Source: an uncultured delta proteobacterium (GTDB lineage: Bacteria; Myxococcota_A; Polyangia; Palsa-1104). From it: a stretch of 64,000 bases of DNA. The notes beneath the pieces are model-generated. The model was not told where the DNA came from. It saw nothing but the letters and a program-made list of their open reading frames with translations, and ran no database searches. Position 1 is the stretch's first letter. The number at the start of each line of letters is the position of its first letter. This document shows, in pieces, positions 32,936 to 42,652 of the stretch. Where the stretch lies: positions 544,001 to 608,000 of the forward strand of contig CAWAWS010000039.1 in NCBI GenBank assembly GCA_963785725.1, read 5' to 3'. Made by a program: the position numbers and the translations under genes.

Positions 32936-33689
32936 TCTGAAAGGTCGCCGCGCGCTCGTCACCGGCGGCGCGCAAGGGATTGGACGGGCGATCACCAAGC
33001 TGTTCGTCGAGCGCGGCGCGCGCGTCATGATCGCCGACGTCGACGAGCGCGGCGCGATGCGCAGCGCCAACGAGATCGGCGACGCCGTGCGCGCCGTGCG
33101 CTGCGACGTCAGCAGCAGCGACGACTGGAAACGCGCGGTGCAAGCGACGTTGGATGCCTTTGGCGGGCTCGATCTGCTGGTCAATAACGCCGGTGTCGAG
33201 GTCGTCAAGCCGCTCTTCGAGCAGACCGAAGAGGAGTTTACGAGGCTGATGGCGATCAACGTCAATGGCGTGTTTCTCGGTATGAAACATTCATTGGCGC
33301 CTTTGGCGGCGTCGGGAAAAGGCGTCGTCGTCAATATGTCGTCACTGGCCGGAATTGGCGGCGCGCCGCTGTTCGGCTCTTATGCGGCCTCGAAAGCGGC
33401 GGTCATTCAATTGACGCGCGTCGCGGCCGTCGAGCTACGGCAGGCGGGTATTCGCGTCAATGCCGTTTGCCCGGGATTCGTGGGCACGGCGATGGTCGAT
33501 CGGCTGATTCCGGCCGTGGAAGCGGCCGTCGGCGTTCCCTTTAGCGCGCTCGTGGCACTCAAGCAGTCGCGCCTCGGTACGCCGGTAGAGGTCGCCGAAA
33601 TGGTGGCGTTCTTGGCGTCGGACGATGCCTCGTGGACCACCGGCTCTCACTATCTTCTCGACGGCGGTTTGTCAGGAGGCCTTTTATGA
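32925..33689 (+). CDS. short-chain dehydrogenase/reductase
   Basis: TGGAQGIG, NNAG, YAASK. Confidence 0.92.
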   Translation: MAADLKGRRALVTGGAQGIGRAITKLFVERGARVMIADVDERGAMRSANEIGDAVRAVRCDVSSSDDWKRAVQATLDAFGGLDLLVNNAGVEVVKPLFEQTEEEFTRLMAINVNGVFLGMKHSLAPLAASGKGVVVNMSSLAGIGGAPLFGSYAASKAAVIQLTRVAAVELRQAGIRVNAVCPGFVGTAMVDRLIPAVEAAVGVPFSALVALKQSRLGTPVEVAEMVAFLASDDASWTTGSHYLLDGGLSGGLL

Positions 33690-34453
33690 GCTCGCCCTTG
33701 TTGCAGAACAAAGTCGCCATCATCACCGGCGCTGGGCGCGGCTTGGGCGCGGCGGTCGCGGCGGCATATGGCGCGGAAGGCGCGAAGGTCGTCGTCTCCG
33801 ACATCGACGCGGCGGCGGCGACGCGCATCGCCAAGACCATCCCCAACGCCATCGCCAACGCCTGCGACGTGCGCAAGCCGGAAGACGTCGAAGCGCTCGT
33901 CAAGCAGACGATCGACAAGCACGGGCGGCTCGACATCATGGTGCCGAACGCCGGCATCGCCAAGGTCGTCCCGATCGCAGAGATGAGCTACGCCGAGTGG
34001 CGCGAGGTCACGTCGGTCAATCTCGACGGCGTCTTTCTCTGCGTGCGTTACGCGGCGCCGGCGCTCATTGCGGGCGGCGGCGGCGTCATCCTCAACATGT
34101 GCTCGATTACGGCGCAGGCGACGGTGCCGCTCATCGCCAGCTACGCGGCGGCCAAAGCGGGCGTGATGTCACTGACGCAGACCGCGGCCCTCGAATTGCG
34201 CGCGCACAACATTCGCGTCAACGCGATCTTGCCGGGATTCATCGATACGACGCTCGTCAAAGAGCACAAGAAGGCGTTCGAGAAGCTGCTCAATCTGCCC
34301 GACTTCGATGCCGTCATCGCGCAGAAGCAGGGGCGTTACGGCACGGTCGAGGAGGTGGCGAAATTAGCCGTGTTCTTGGCTTCCGATCGCTCGCGCTTCT
34401 CGACCGGCGGCGGCTATGTGCTCGACGGCGGCGCGCGCGCCTCACTGCTGTAG
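33686..34453 (+). CDS. short-chain dehydrogenase/reductase
   Basis: TGAGRGLG, PNAG, YAAAK. ATGA overlap. Confidence 0.92.
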   Translation: MSSPLLQNKVAIITGAGRGLGAAVAAAYGAEGAKVVVSDIDAAAATRIAKTIPNAIANACDVRKPEDVEALVKQTIDKHGRLDIMVPNAGIAKVVPIAEMSYAEWREVTSVNLDGVFLCVRYAAPALIAGGGGVILNMCSITAQATVPLIASYAAAKAGVMSLTQTAALELRAHNIRVNAILPGFIDTTLVKEHKKAFEKLLNLPDFDAVIAQKQGRYGTVEEVAKLAVFLASDRSRFSTGGGYVLDGGARASLL

Positions 34454-34590
34454 TCGCAAATCTCGGAGCGATCGCAATCAGTAGTAGTCGATAACTAAGT
34501 AACCATTAGTAACTAATACGGCCGAGCGCTCAGCGGTCGCTCGGTCAATTTCTGGTCTCGAAAGGTAAACGGGGAGGGCGCGGACCTGTC

Positions 34591-36186
34591 ATGAATCTCA
34601 TCGACTTCTTCGATCGCGGCGCGTTGCACCATCCCGATCGCGACTGTTTCGTGGCGGGCGAGCGGCGCTATCGATATCGGCAGGTCCGCGCGTTGACGCT
34701 GCGACTGGCCAACGGCCTACGTAGTCTCGACTTCGGCGAAGGCAAGAAGGGCGCGGTCCTCAGCTTCAATGATCCGATCGCGTTCTCCTGCGCGCTGGCG
34801 ATCTTGCGCACCGGCGGCGCGTGGGTGCCGCTCAATCCGAAGAGCGGCATTGACGAGCACGCGCATGTACTGACGCAGTTCGACTGCGACCTCGTCTTCT
34901 ATCAGCATCAGCTGGCGCCGGTCGTGGATGCCTTGCGTGCGCGCGTGCCGAACGTGCGCCATTGGCGCTGCATCGACGCGGCCGTCGCCGATGAGCCGGC
35001 GGTCCTCGAATGGGCGGCGCAGCTGAGCGACGACGAGGTGGATCTGCCGCCGAATCCCGAGCGGCTGGCGATGCTCGTCGGCACCGGCGGCACGACCGGG
35101 CGGCCCAAAGGCGTCATGTTGTCCAATCGCAGCGTCGAGACGTTCTGCGCGACGACGCTGGCGGTGATGCCGCACGACGCGCCGCCGGTCTATTTGGCGG
35201 CGGCGCCGCTGACGCACGCGGCGGGGATTCTCTGCTTCCCGTTCTTCGCCGAAGGCGCGACGATCATCGTACACACCAAGGTCGATCCGCAGGCGATCTT
35301 GGCCGCGATCGCGCGCGATCGCGTGACGACATTGTTCCTGCCGCCGACCGCGATCTATATGTTGTTGGCGCAGCCCAATGTGCGCGACTTCGATTATCAG
35401 TCACTGCGCTATTTCATTTATGGCGCCGCGCCGATGTCGACCGACAAGCTCAAAGAGGCGCTGTCCGTGTTCGGGCCGGTGATGGCGCAGCTGTATGGGC
35501 AGAGCGAATCGCCGATGCTGGTGACGTTCTTGACGCCGCGCGAGCACTTCGAGCCTCTGCGGCCTTCGCCCGCGCCTGGCGGCGCGATGAAGGCCGAGCG
35601 CGGCGCCGTGGCCAGCGATGCGCGGCTGCGCAGCTGCGGGCGTGTGACGCCATTTACGCGCGCGTCGATCATGGACGAAGAAGGGCGCCATTTGCCGGTG
35701 GGCGAAGTGGGCGAGATCGTCGTGCGCGGCGACCTGGTCATGAGCGGCTATTATCGCGACGTGGCGGAGACGGTGGCGGCGAGCGAGCACGGCTGGCATC
35801 ACACCGGCGACTTGGGCTATCGCGACGGCGACGGCTATTACACGATCGTCGATCGCAAGAAGGACCTCATCATTTCCGGCGGGTTCAATATTTATCCCGG
35901 CGAAATCGAGCAGGTCTTGTGGTCGCATCCGGCGGTGCAGGACTGCGCGGTCATCGGCGTTCCCGACGATAAATGGGGCGAGGCGGTCAAGGCGTTGGTG
36001 GAGCTGAAGCCGGGACAGACGGCGACGGCGCAGGCGCTCATCGCGTTCTGCAAGATGCGGCTGAGCAGCGTCAAGGCGCCGAAGACGGTGGAGATCCTCG
36101 AGTCACTGCCGCGCAGCACCGTCGGCAAAGTGCTGAAGAAAGAGCTGCGCGCGAAGTATTGGGTCGGTCAGGTGCGTAAGATCTGA
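34591..36186 (+). CDS. acyl-CoA synthetase (AMP-binding)
   Basis: TGGTTGRPKG, YGQSE, HTGDLG, DRKKDLIISGG, GKVLK. Confidence 0.93.
   Translation: MNLIDFFDRGALHHPDRDCFVAGERRYRYRQVRALTLRLANGLRSLDFGEGKKGAVLSFNDPIAFSCALAILRTGGAWVPLNPKSGIDEHAHVLTQFDCDLVFYQHQLAPVVDALRARVPNVRHWRCIDAAVADEPAVLEWAAQLSDDEVDLPPNPERLAMLVGTGGTTGRPKGVMLSNRSVETFCATTLAVMPHDAPPVYLAAAPLTHAAGILCFPFFAEGATIIVHTKVDPQAILAAIARDRVTTLFLPPTAIYMLLAQPNVRDFDYQSLRYFIYGAAPMSTDKLKEALSVFGPVMAQLYGQSESPMLVTFLTPREHFEPLRPSPAPGGAMKAERGAVASDARLRSCGRVTPFTRASIMDEEGRHLPVGEVGEIVVRGDLVMSGYYRDVAETVAASEHGWHHTGDLGYRDGDGYYTIVDRKKDLIISGGFNIYPGEIEQVLWSHPAVQDCAVIGVPDDKWGEAVKALVELKPGQTATAQALIAFCKMRLSSVKAPKTVEILESLPRSTVGKVLKKELRAKYWVGQVRKI
35550..35599. repeat. 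in-frame palindromic insertion inside the acyl-CoA synthetase
   Basis: CGGCCTTC...CGCGCC-TGGC-GGCGCG...GAAGGCCG hairpin bounded by CGAGC direct repeats 45 nt apart. Confidence 0.5.
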
Positions 36187-36207
36187 GCGCGCGCGATCGC
36201 GAGGTTG

Positions 36208-36227
36208 AAGTAAACGATCGTTTACTT
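36208..36227. promoter_or_regulatory. perfect 20-bp palindrome
   Basis: AAGTAAACGATCGTTTACTT equals its own reverse complement. Confidence 0.6.
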
Positions 36228-36393
36228 GCGAGCCTATTGTTCGCCACGCGCGCATCGAATTGCACGCAATCCGCACGCGCTGACGAACGTACCGGCGCCG
36301 ACCAATGCCGCGAGCGGCACCGACGAACGCACGCCGCGCCTGCGCAGATTCTGCGCGGCGCGGCGTCCTATTTAACGATTGTCGCGGACGCGA

Positions 36394-36804
36394 TTAAGCG
36401 GCGGCGTACGTCATGGCGCGCTTCTCGCCAGTCGTCTTGACGCGCTTGGCGGCGCGCAGCTTGGCGAGCGCGGCCTTGACGACCTTCGGCGCCAGCGGCA
36501 GCTGCTTCTGGATCTGCTCGCTGCGCAGCCCCGGCGTGCCTTTGACGATATCGAGCACGCGCGCCAGCATCGGCTCGTTCAGCGCGCCACGACGGCCGCG
36601 CTTGCCGCCCGTCGCCGGAGCGGCGGCGGCGCTGGTCGACGTCGTCGACGCAGCCGCCAGCTGGCGGCCGGCGCCCGAACCCATCACGTGCATGAGCTGG
36701 TTGGCGATGTCGGCGCGCACGGCCTCGGCGATCTGGCGGGCGGCGACAGTAAGGATCGTTCCGATACGCACTTCGAGTGCATTCTGCTTACGGGGACGCG
36801 GCAT
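36394..36804 (-). CDS. small basic DNA-binding protein (helical N-terminus, linker, C-terminal winged-helix-like domain)
   Basis: GKRGRRG...VLDIVKGTPGLRSEQIQKQL...ALAKLRAAKRVKTTGEKRAMTY. Confidence 0.75.
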   Translation of the reverse strand: MPRPRKQNALEVRIGTILTVAARQIAEAVRADIANQLMHVMGSGAGRQLAAASTTSTSAAAAPATGGKRGRRGALNEPMLARVLDIVKGTPGLRSEQIQKQLPLAPKVVKAALAKLRAAKRVKTTGEKRAMTYAAA

Positions 36805-37206
36805 GTCGGGATTGCTATACCATACGCAAATAAAAATCCAGTGAATCGCAACACAGATAAACATGAGCGCACACGAGCCAATCGACTCGGCGGCGGACAA
36901 TAGCTGCAATCGAATGATAAATATCTAAAATTGAAGTGATTTCCTCAATTGTAAAGGAATCGTTAAGAGTCAGTGGATCAATGTCACATTCGGACTGATC
37001 CCTTTGCGAGGCAGTTTCCGGGTATTCCGGGTTTCGGCCCAATGACAGCAATTGGTCGATTGAAGGCCCGGCCGGCCTTGTCTTCAATAGCGCGCCAACA
37101 GCGACGCCCCTTGTTCGCGCTCACGGGCACTGATCGCGATCGAGCGCGGCTTGGCGACGCGCGCGGCGCCGGCGAACTTTTACGGCGCAGGCGGTGTTTC
37201 GACGGT

Positions 37207-38319
37207 ATGGCGCTCGGCCGTCGCTCATTCTTGCAGCTGCTGGCGGCCGGCGCCGCTGGCTGTGCGGCGCGTCCGTCGTCGCCCATCGCGCGGGTCGCCG
37301 GCGCCACGGCTGCGACGGCCACGCCCGCGGCCAAGCCGCTGCGCATTCTGATCCTCGGCGGCACCGGCTTCATCGGCCCGGTGCTGGTGCGGCTGGCCCG
37401 CGCCCGCGGCCACACGATCACGCTCTTCAACCGCGGTAAGACCAATCCGCATCTCTTCCCCGACGTCGAGACGATCCTCGGCGATCGCCGCACCGATATC
37501 GATCGCCTAAAGGGTCGCGACTGGGATGCGGTCATCGACACGTGGGTCATGCTGCCGGCGAGCGTGCGGGCCGCGGCCGAGCGCTTGCGCGATCGCATCG
37601 GCCATTATCTGTTCATTTCGACCATCTCGGTCTATCGCCTGGGCCGCGCGCCGATCGACGAGGATTCGCCGCTGCTCACGGTCGCACCCGAGCGGCTGGC
37701 GAAGCCATCGGCCGACGACTACGGCGGCTTGAAGGCGTTGGCCGAGCGCGCCGCCGAGGAGGCGATGCCGGGCCGCGCGACGTCGCTGCGCGCCGGCGTC
37801 ATCGTCGGCGCCGGCGATCCATCGGGGCGCTTCGTCTATTGGCCGCGCCGGCTCGAGCGCGGCGGCGACGTGCTGGTCCCGACCGGCGCCGACGGGCGCA
37901 TGCAATTCATCGACGTGCGCGACCTGGCGCAGTTTACCGTGCGCGCGCTCGAGGATCGCGCGTTCGGCATCTTCAACGTCGTCGGACCGGCCGATCCGGC
38001 GCTCGGCAGCGTGCTCGGCGCCATCGACGGCGCCGTCGGCCATTCGGCCCACCTCGTCTACGCCGATCGCGCCTGGATGAACGCGCGGGACGCCGGCGGC
38101 TGGGACGACTTCCCGCTCGTGGTCGCCAACGACGACGACCAGGCGGGCTTCGGCCACGTGTCGGCGGCGCGCGCGCTCGCCCGCGGCCTCACGTTTCATC
38201 CCGTCGCCGACACGGCGACGAGCGCGCTCGCGTGGTGGAAAGAGAACGGCCGGCCGCCCGGACCCGGCATCAGCCCCGAGCGCGAAGCCGAATTGCTGTC
38301 GCGCTGGCGCTCGCGATAA
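37207..38319 (+). CDS. Tat-signal NAD-dependent epimerase/dehydratase family protein
   Basis: GRRSFL Tat motif plus AGC, GGTGFIG, YGGLK, FIDVRDLA. Confidence 0.88.
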   Translation: MALGRRSFLQLLAAGAAGCAARPSSPIARVAGATAATATPAAKPLRILILGGTGFIGPVLVRLARARGHTITLFNRGKTNPHLFPDVETILGDRRTDIDRLKGRDWDAVIDTWVMLPASVRAAAERLRDRIGHYLFISTISVYRLGRAPIDEDSPLLTVAPERLAKPSADDYGGLKALAERAAEEAMPGRATSLRAGVIVGAGDPSGRFVYWPRRLERGGDVLVPTGADGRMQFIDVRDLAQFTVRALEDRAFGIFNVVGPADPALGSVLGAIDGAVGHSAHLVYADRAWMNARDAGGWDDFPLVVANDDDQAGFGHVSAARALARGLTFHPVADTATSALAWWKENGRPPGPGISPEREAELLSRWRSR

Positions 38320-38322
38320 ATT

Positions 38323-39012
38323 CTATTTGGCGGACGGGAGAATCTTGAAGTTGCGGAAGGCGGCGTCGTGGCCGTCGATCCACAGCCCGACGCGACCCTT
38401 GCCGTGCGCCAATCGATCGACCACCAGGCTCGGCTGTTTGGCGCCGTCGACGAACACGCGCACCGTCTGCTGGCCGACCTCGACGCGCGCGTGAAACCAG
38501 CCGTGCGCATCGGGGATCGGCGCCACGGTCGCTTCGTACTTCAGCGGCGAGCCGGCGCGCAGCTGCTCCCACGTATGCGCGGGCCAGGCGACGTATTGCA
38601 CGGCGTGGCTGCGGAACGCTTGCCCGTCTTGCGTGCCCGCGCGCGTGAAATTGAACGGCCGAAAATAGACGGCCTCGAAGTGCTGGCCGTCGCGGGCGTT
38701 GAACGCGAGGCCGAGGAAGACGCGCTCGTCGCCTTGGCCTTGCAGGTCGACCTCGAGCGCGCCTTCGCCGAAGTCGACGCCTTCGACCAGCGCCATGCCG
38801 ACGTTGCTGGGCGTGCTCGCGTCCGCCTTCGGCTGCAGGCGCACGACGGTTTGCCCCTTGTCGGTGGCGACGGCGGCGGCGCCGTTGACGAGGCGCCAGC
38901 TCTTGCCGTCGTTGATCGTGGCGAGCTCGGGCTCGGCGGCGAATACGGCTGGGACCGACGAGAAAACGAGCGCGAAGAGGCCCATCGATAGTCCACGCCG
39001 GCCGCTGGTCAT
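38323..39012 (-). CDS. secreted beta-sandwich (DUF1080/LamG-like) protein
   Basis: Signal peptide, FEAVYFRPFN, RVFVDG, GRVGLW. Confidence 0.7.
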   Translation of the reverse strand: MTSGRRGLSMGLFALVFSSVPAVFAAEPELATINDGKSWRLVNGAAAVATDKGQTVVRLQPKADASTPSNVGMALVEGVDFGEGALEVDLQGQGDERVFLGLAFNARDGQHFEAVYFRPFNFTRAGTQDGQAFRSHAVQYVAWPAHTWEQLRAGSPLKYEATVAPIPDAHGWFHARVEVGQQTVRVFVDGAKQPSLVVDRLAHGKGRVGLWIDGHDAAFRNFKILPSAK

Positions 39013-39147
39013 GGCGGTGGAAACCCGCAGCCGCGTGTGGGTTCGCGCGCCCGTCGCGCGTGGCGACGGGCGGCGAATGAGTGGGGGATTACGAGTGCAG
39101 AAGCGGATCGGCCGCGCGCCAGGCGCGCCGAGTGAAGCGGGCGACGA

Positions 39148-42100
39148 TCAGCCGATCGACTTCTGGCACGTCGCGCTGCAGCCGGGCGTGTTCGGCGGCT
39201 CGCACTGCTCGCCGTACGCCGGCTCGACGATGCCGTCGCCGCAATAGGGCGCCGTCATGCACGTCGTCGAGCACAAGCCGGGACCATAAGGCTGCGACTG
39301 GTTGGCGCTGCCGTTGTCGCACTGCTCGTTGCCGTTCTTCATGCCGTCGCCGCAGTAATCGGCGAGCGTGCAGTTGGCGTTGCAGGTGCCGTAGCTGCCG
39401 TCGTTGACGCCGTTGTCGCACTGCTCCGTGCCGTTCTTGATGCCGTCGCCGCAGTAGCCGGCCAGCGTGCAGTTGGGCTGGCACTTGCCGTAACCGCCGG
39501 TGTTGTTGGCGGCGCCGTTGTCGCACTGCTCGCCCGGATCGAGGACGCCGTTGCCGCACAAGAGCGTGCAGGTCGCGGTGCAGGGATCGGCCGAGGCGCC
39601 GTTCGAGACGCCGTCGTCGCACTGCTCGCCGCCGTTGATGATGCCGTCGCCGCAGTGCGGACCGACGGTGCACGACGTCGTGCATTTGCCGTAGCCGTTG
39701 CTGTTGGCGGCGCCGTTGTCGCACGCTTCGCCGTTGGAGACGATGCCGTCGCCGCAATAGGGCGCGTAGACGCAGCCGGGGCCGCACTGCTTCGACGTGC
39801 CGCCGTAGGTGGCGAGGTTGCTGCCGTCGTCGCAGGTTTCGGGCGGGTTGGTGACGATGGCGTCGCCGCAATAGGGCGCGCGGCCCACGCAGCCGGGCAA
39901 GCAGTCGCCGTATTTGCCGTCGTTCTTGCCGTCGTCGCAGACCTCGTTGCCTTCGACCTTGCCGTCGCCGCAGATGGGCGCGCACACCGAGATCGTGTGC
40001 GTGAAGCCGCTCAACGTCAGCGTGTAGTTGGAGCCGCAGGTGTGGCGCTCGGCCTGGAACATGTCGATCGTGTACATGCCCTGGTCGGCGAGGCCATAGG
40101 TGGTGGCGTGGGCGGCGTCGAGCGTGACCGAGCCGCTCGTCGGGCCGTGCACGCCGCCGATGTCGACGGCGAGGTGGCCGTTGATGAACACCCAGACGTC
40201 GTCGTCGCCGGTGAACGAGAAGGTCGGCGACGTGCTGGCCGAATAGGTGAACGGATAGTGCAGCTCGCTCGTGAACGAGAAGTTGGCGTTGGCCAGGCCC
40301 GAGCACGTCGACAGCTGCGGCGTCGAGCTCGCGTTCCAGCCCAAGCCGTCGAGGGGGAAGAAGGCCGACGTCGAGAACTGGTACACGTTCGTCTGACCGC
40401 TGACGGCGGGGAGCGTGAGCGTCGTCGGGTTGCCGCTCGCGTCGGTGTAGACGTCCTTGGCGTACGGGTTGGGCGAGCCGGCGACGCCGTCGCAGCCGGT
40501 GTCGTGGTACCACCAGCAGAAGTTTTCGGCCGTGGTCAGCGACGGCTTGGAGACGTTGCCGACCGACGCGAACACGGGCTGGCTGTCGCGCACGCCGGTC
40601 GTCGGATTGACCGTGCCCAGCGTCGAATTGACGAGGCCAGTCTGCACGCCGTTGTTGTAGTGCTCGAAGTCGGGGTGGCCGTTGATCGTCTTGCCATTGA
40701 CGGTCATCGTCGTGCCGTTCCACAGCATGTCGCGATAGAGGATCGGGATGACGAGCTGCGCCGGCGGCGCCTGATCGGTCGCGGTGCAGGTGAAGCCGGC
40801 CTCCTTGGTGCACGTCGAGGAGCAGCCGTCGCCGTTGATGAGGTTGCCGTCGTCGCACTCTTCGCTCGGGAACTTGAGGCCGTCGCCGCAGACCGCGGTG
40901 CAGGTGCCGCCTGAACAAGTGGGCTCGATGGTGCAAGTCGCCGAGCAGCCGTCATAAGGCTGCGTATTGCCGTCGTCGCACTGCTCGAAGCCTTCGACTT
41001 TGCCGTCGCCGCACTTGGTCGCGTGGCAGACCGACTGCGGCGTCGTCGTCTGTGTCGTGCAAGCGAAGCCGGTCTCCAGCGTGCACGTGGCCGAGCAGCC
41101 GTCGCCGGAGACGGTATTGCCGTCGTCGCACTGCTCGTTGCCGGCGATGATGCCGTCGCCGCAGGTCTTGGCCGTGCAGGCGGCGCCCGGCGTCGTGCAC
41201 TGCCAGCCGCTCTCGACGGTGCAGGTCGACGAGCAGCCGTCGCCCGACTTCGTGTTGCCGTCGTCGCAGGTCTCCGAGCCGGTGACTTTGCCGTCGCCGC
41301 ACTTGACCGTCGAGACGCAGGGCTTGCCGATGTCGGGGCAGGTGAAGTTGGGCTCGACGGTGCAGGTGGCCGAGCAGCCGTCGCCGGAGACTTTATTGCC
41401 GTCGTCGCACTGCTCGCCGAGGTCGAGGTTCAGCTTGCCGTCGCCGCAGTAGGCGATGAGCGTGCAGGCCATGCCGGCCGTCGGGCAGGTGTAGCCGGGC
41501 TCGACCACGCACGTCGACGAGCAGCCGTCGCCGGAGACGGTGTTGCCGTCATCGCACTGCTCGCCCGGATCGCGATGCGCGTCGCCGCACTTGGGGACTG
41601 GAACGGCCGTGCAGGCGCCGCCTTTGGGGCAGGTGAAGCCGGACTCGACCTGCGAGCAGTCGGCCGAGCAGCCGTCGCCGGAGACGGTGTTGCCGTCGTC
41701 GCAGGCTTCGTTGCCCTCGATGATGCCGTCGCCGCAGATGATCGTCGACGTGCACACTTCGTGCGTCGGGCTCGGCGGCGGCGTGGGCGTGGCGCAGACG
41801 TAGTTGGGCTCGATGTGGCACGTGCCCGAGCAGCCGTCGCCGGGCGTGGCGTTGCCGTCGTCGCACTCTTCGGGCGGCTGCACGATGCCGTCGCCGCAGT
41901 AAGGATTTTTGGTGCACGGCATGCCCGGCGTCGCGCAGGTGTAGCCGGGCTCGGGCGTGCACGTCGACGAGCAGCCGTCGCCGGAGACGGTGTTGCCGTC
42001 GTCGCAGCCTTCGTCGAGATCGAGGACGCCGTTGCCGCACGCCGGCGACGCGGCGACGTTGCACGGCTTGCCCGCCGTCGGACAGATGTAGCCGGGCTCG

Positions 42101-42336
42101 ACGCTGCAGGTCGAGGAGCAGCCGTCGCCGGAGACGGTGTTGCCGTCATCGCACGACTCGCCGGCGTTGAGCACGCCGTTGCCGCACACCGCGGTCGTCG
42201 CTTGCGCGAGATCGTCGCCGCCGCCGCCACCGACGGAGCCGTCGCTGCCGTCTTTTCCGCCGCTGCCGGCGCAGCCGGCGAGCCCCAAGAAAACCGTACA
42301 GGCGACAGCCCACACGCCGTTCCGATAGCGATTCAT
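39148..42336 (-). CDS. DUF4215-repeat lipoprotein with central fibro-slime (PA14) domain
   Basis: Lipobox LAGC. 10 Cys repeats before and 8 after a domain containing HPDFE, FFPLD, NFSFTSE, FTGDDDVWVFING, DIGGVH, FQAERH. Confidence 0.9.
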   Translation of the reverse strand: MNRYRNGVWAVACTVFLGLAGCAGSGGKDGSDGSVGGGGGDDLAQATTAVCGNGVLNAGESCDDGNTVSGDGCSSTCSVEPGYICPTAGKPCNVAASPACGNGVLDLDEGCDDGNTVSGDGCSSTCTPEPGYTCATPGMPCTKNPYCGDGIVQPPEECDDGNATPGDGCSGTCHIEPNYVCATPTPPPSPTHEVCTSTIICGDGIIEGNEACDDGNTVSGDGCSADCSQVESGFTCPKGGACTAVPVPKCGDAHRDPGEQCDDGNTVSGDGCSSTCVVEPGYTCPTAGMACTLIAYCGDGKLNLDLGEQCDDGNKVSGDGCSATCTVEPNFTCPDIGKPCVSTVKCGDGKVTGSETCDDGNTKSGDGCSSTCTVESGWQCTTPGAACTAKTCGDGIIAGNEQCDDGNTVSGDGCSATCTLETGFACTTQTTTPQSVCHATKCGDGKVEGFEQCDDGNTQPYDGCSATCTIEPTCSGGTCTAVCGDGLKFPSEECDDGNLINGDGCSSTCTKEAGFTCTATDQAPPAQLVIPILYRDMLWNGTTMTVNGKTINGHPDFEHYNNGVQTGLVNSTLGTVNPTTGVRDSQPVFASVGNVSKPSLTTAENFCWWYHDTGCDGVAGSPNPYAKDVYTDASGNPTTLTLPAVSGQTNVYQFSTSAFFPLDGLGWNASSTPQLSTCSGLANANFSFTSELHYPFTYSASTSPTFSFTGDDDVWVFINGHLAVDIGGVHGPTSGSVTLDAAHATTYGLADQGMYTIDMFQAERHTCGSNYTLTLSGFTHTISVCAPICGDGKVEGNEVCDDGKNDGKYGDCLPGCVGRAPYCGDAIVTNPPETCDDGSNLATYGGTSKQCGPGCVYAPYCGDGIVSNGEACDNGAANSNGYGKCTTSCTVGPHCGDGIINGGEQCDDGVSNGASADPCTATCTLLCGNGVLDPGEQCDNGAANNTGGYGKCQPNCTLAGYCGDGIKNGTEQCDNGVNDGSYGTCNANCTLADYCGDGMKNGNEQCDNGSANQSQPYGPGLCSTTCMTAPYCGDGIVEPAYGEQCEPPNTPGCSATCQKSIG

Positions 42337-42652
42337 GCTTTTCCTTGTTTGAAAATGAAAGGAGAACAACTGTTGGTTTTTTACAGAATTTCCTCTCGGA
42401 GATCGATGGCGTTTTATGCCGTACATCAGCGGCTTTCCCGTCGGTGGCAGCAGCTCATGTGGGTAAGCGGACGATCGTAGGCGGCGAGGTGCGACAACCG
42501 TGTCGATTAGCCTCGCGTTAGATGCGACTGCGCTTTCGATGTAACAAAGTGTCGCGCAATCGACGACTGCGCGCGCAGCGATCGACGACGGCGCCGGCCT
42601 TGGCGCCGCCGTCCGGCGCTTGCCGCTCGCGAGACTCGGTTATAGTCCGGCG

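Noticed and set aside
39148..42200. Recurring DNA repeats such as GCAGCCGTCGCCGGAGACGGTGTTGCCGTCGTCGCA that resemble an array
   Set aside because: They are coding Cys-rich protein repeats in one continuous ORF, not CRISPR. No cas genes are present.
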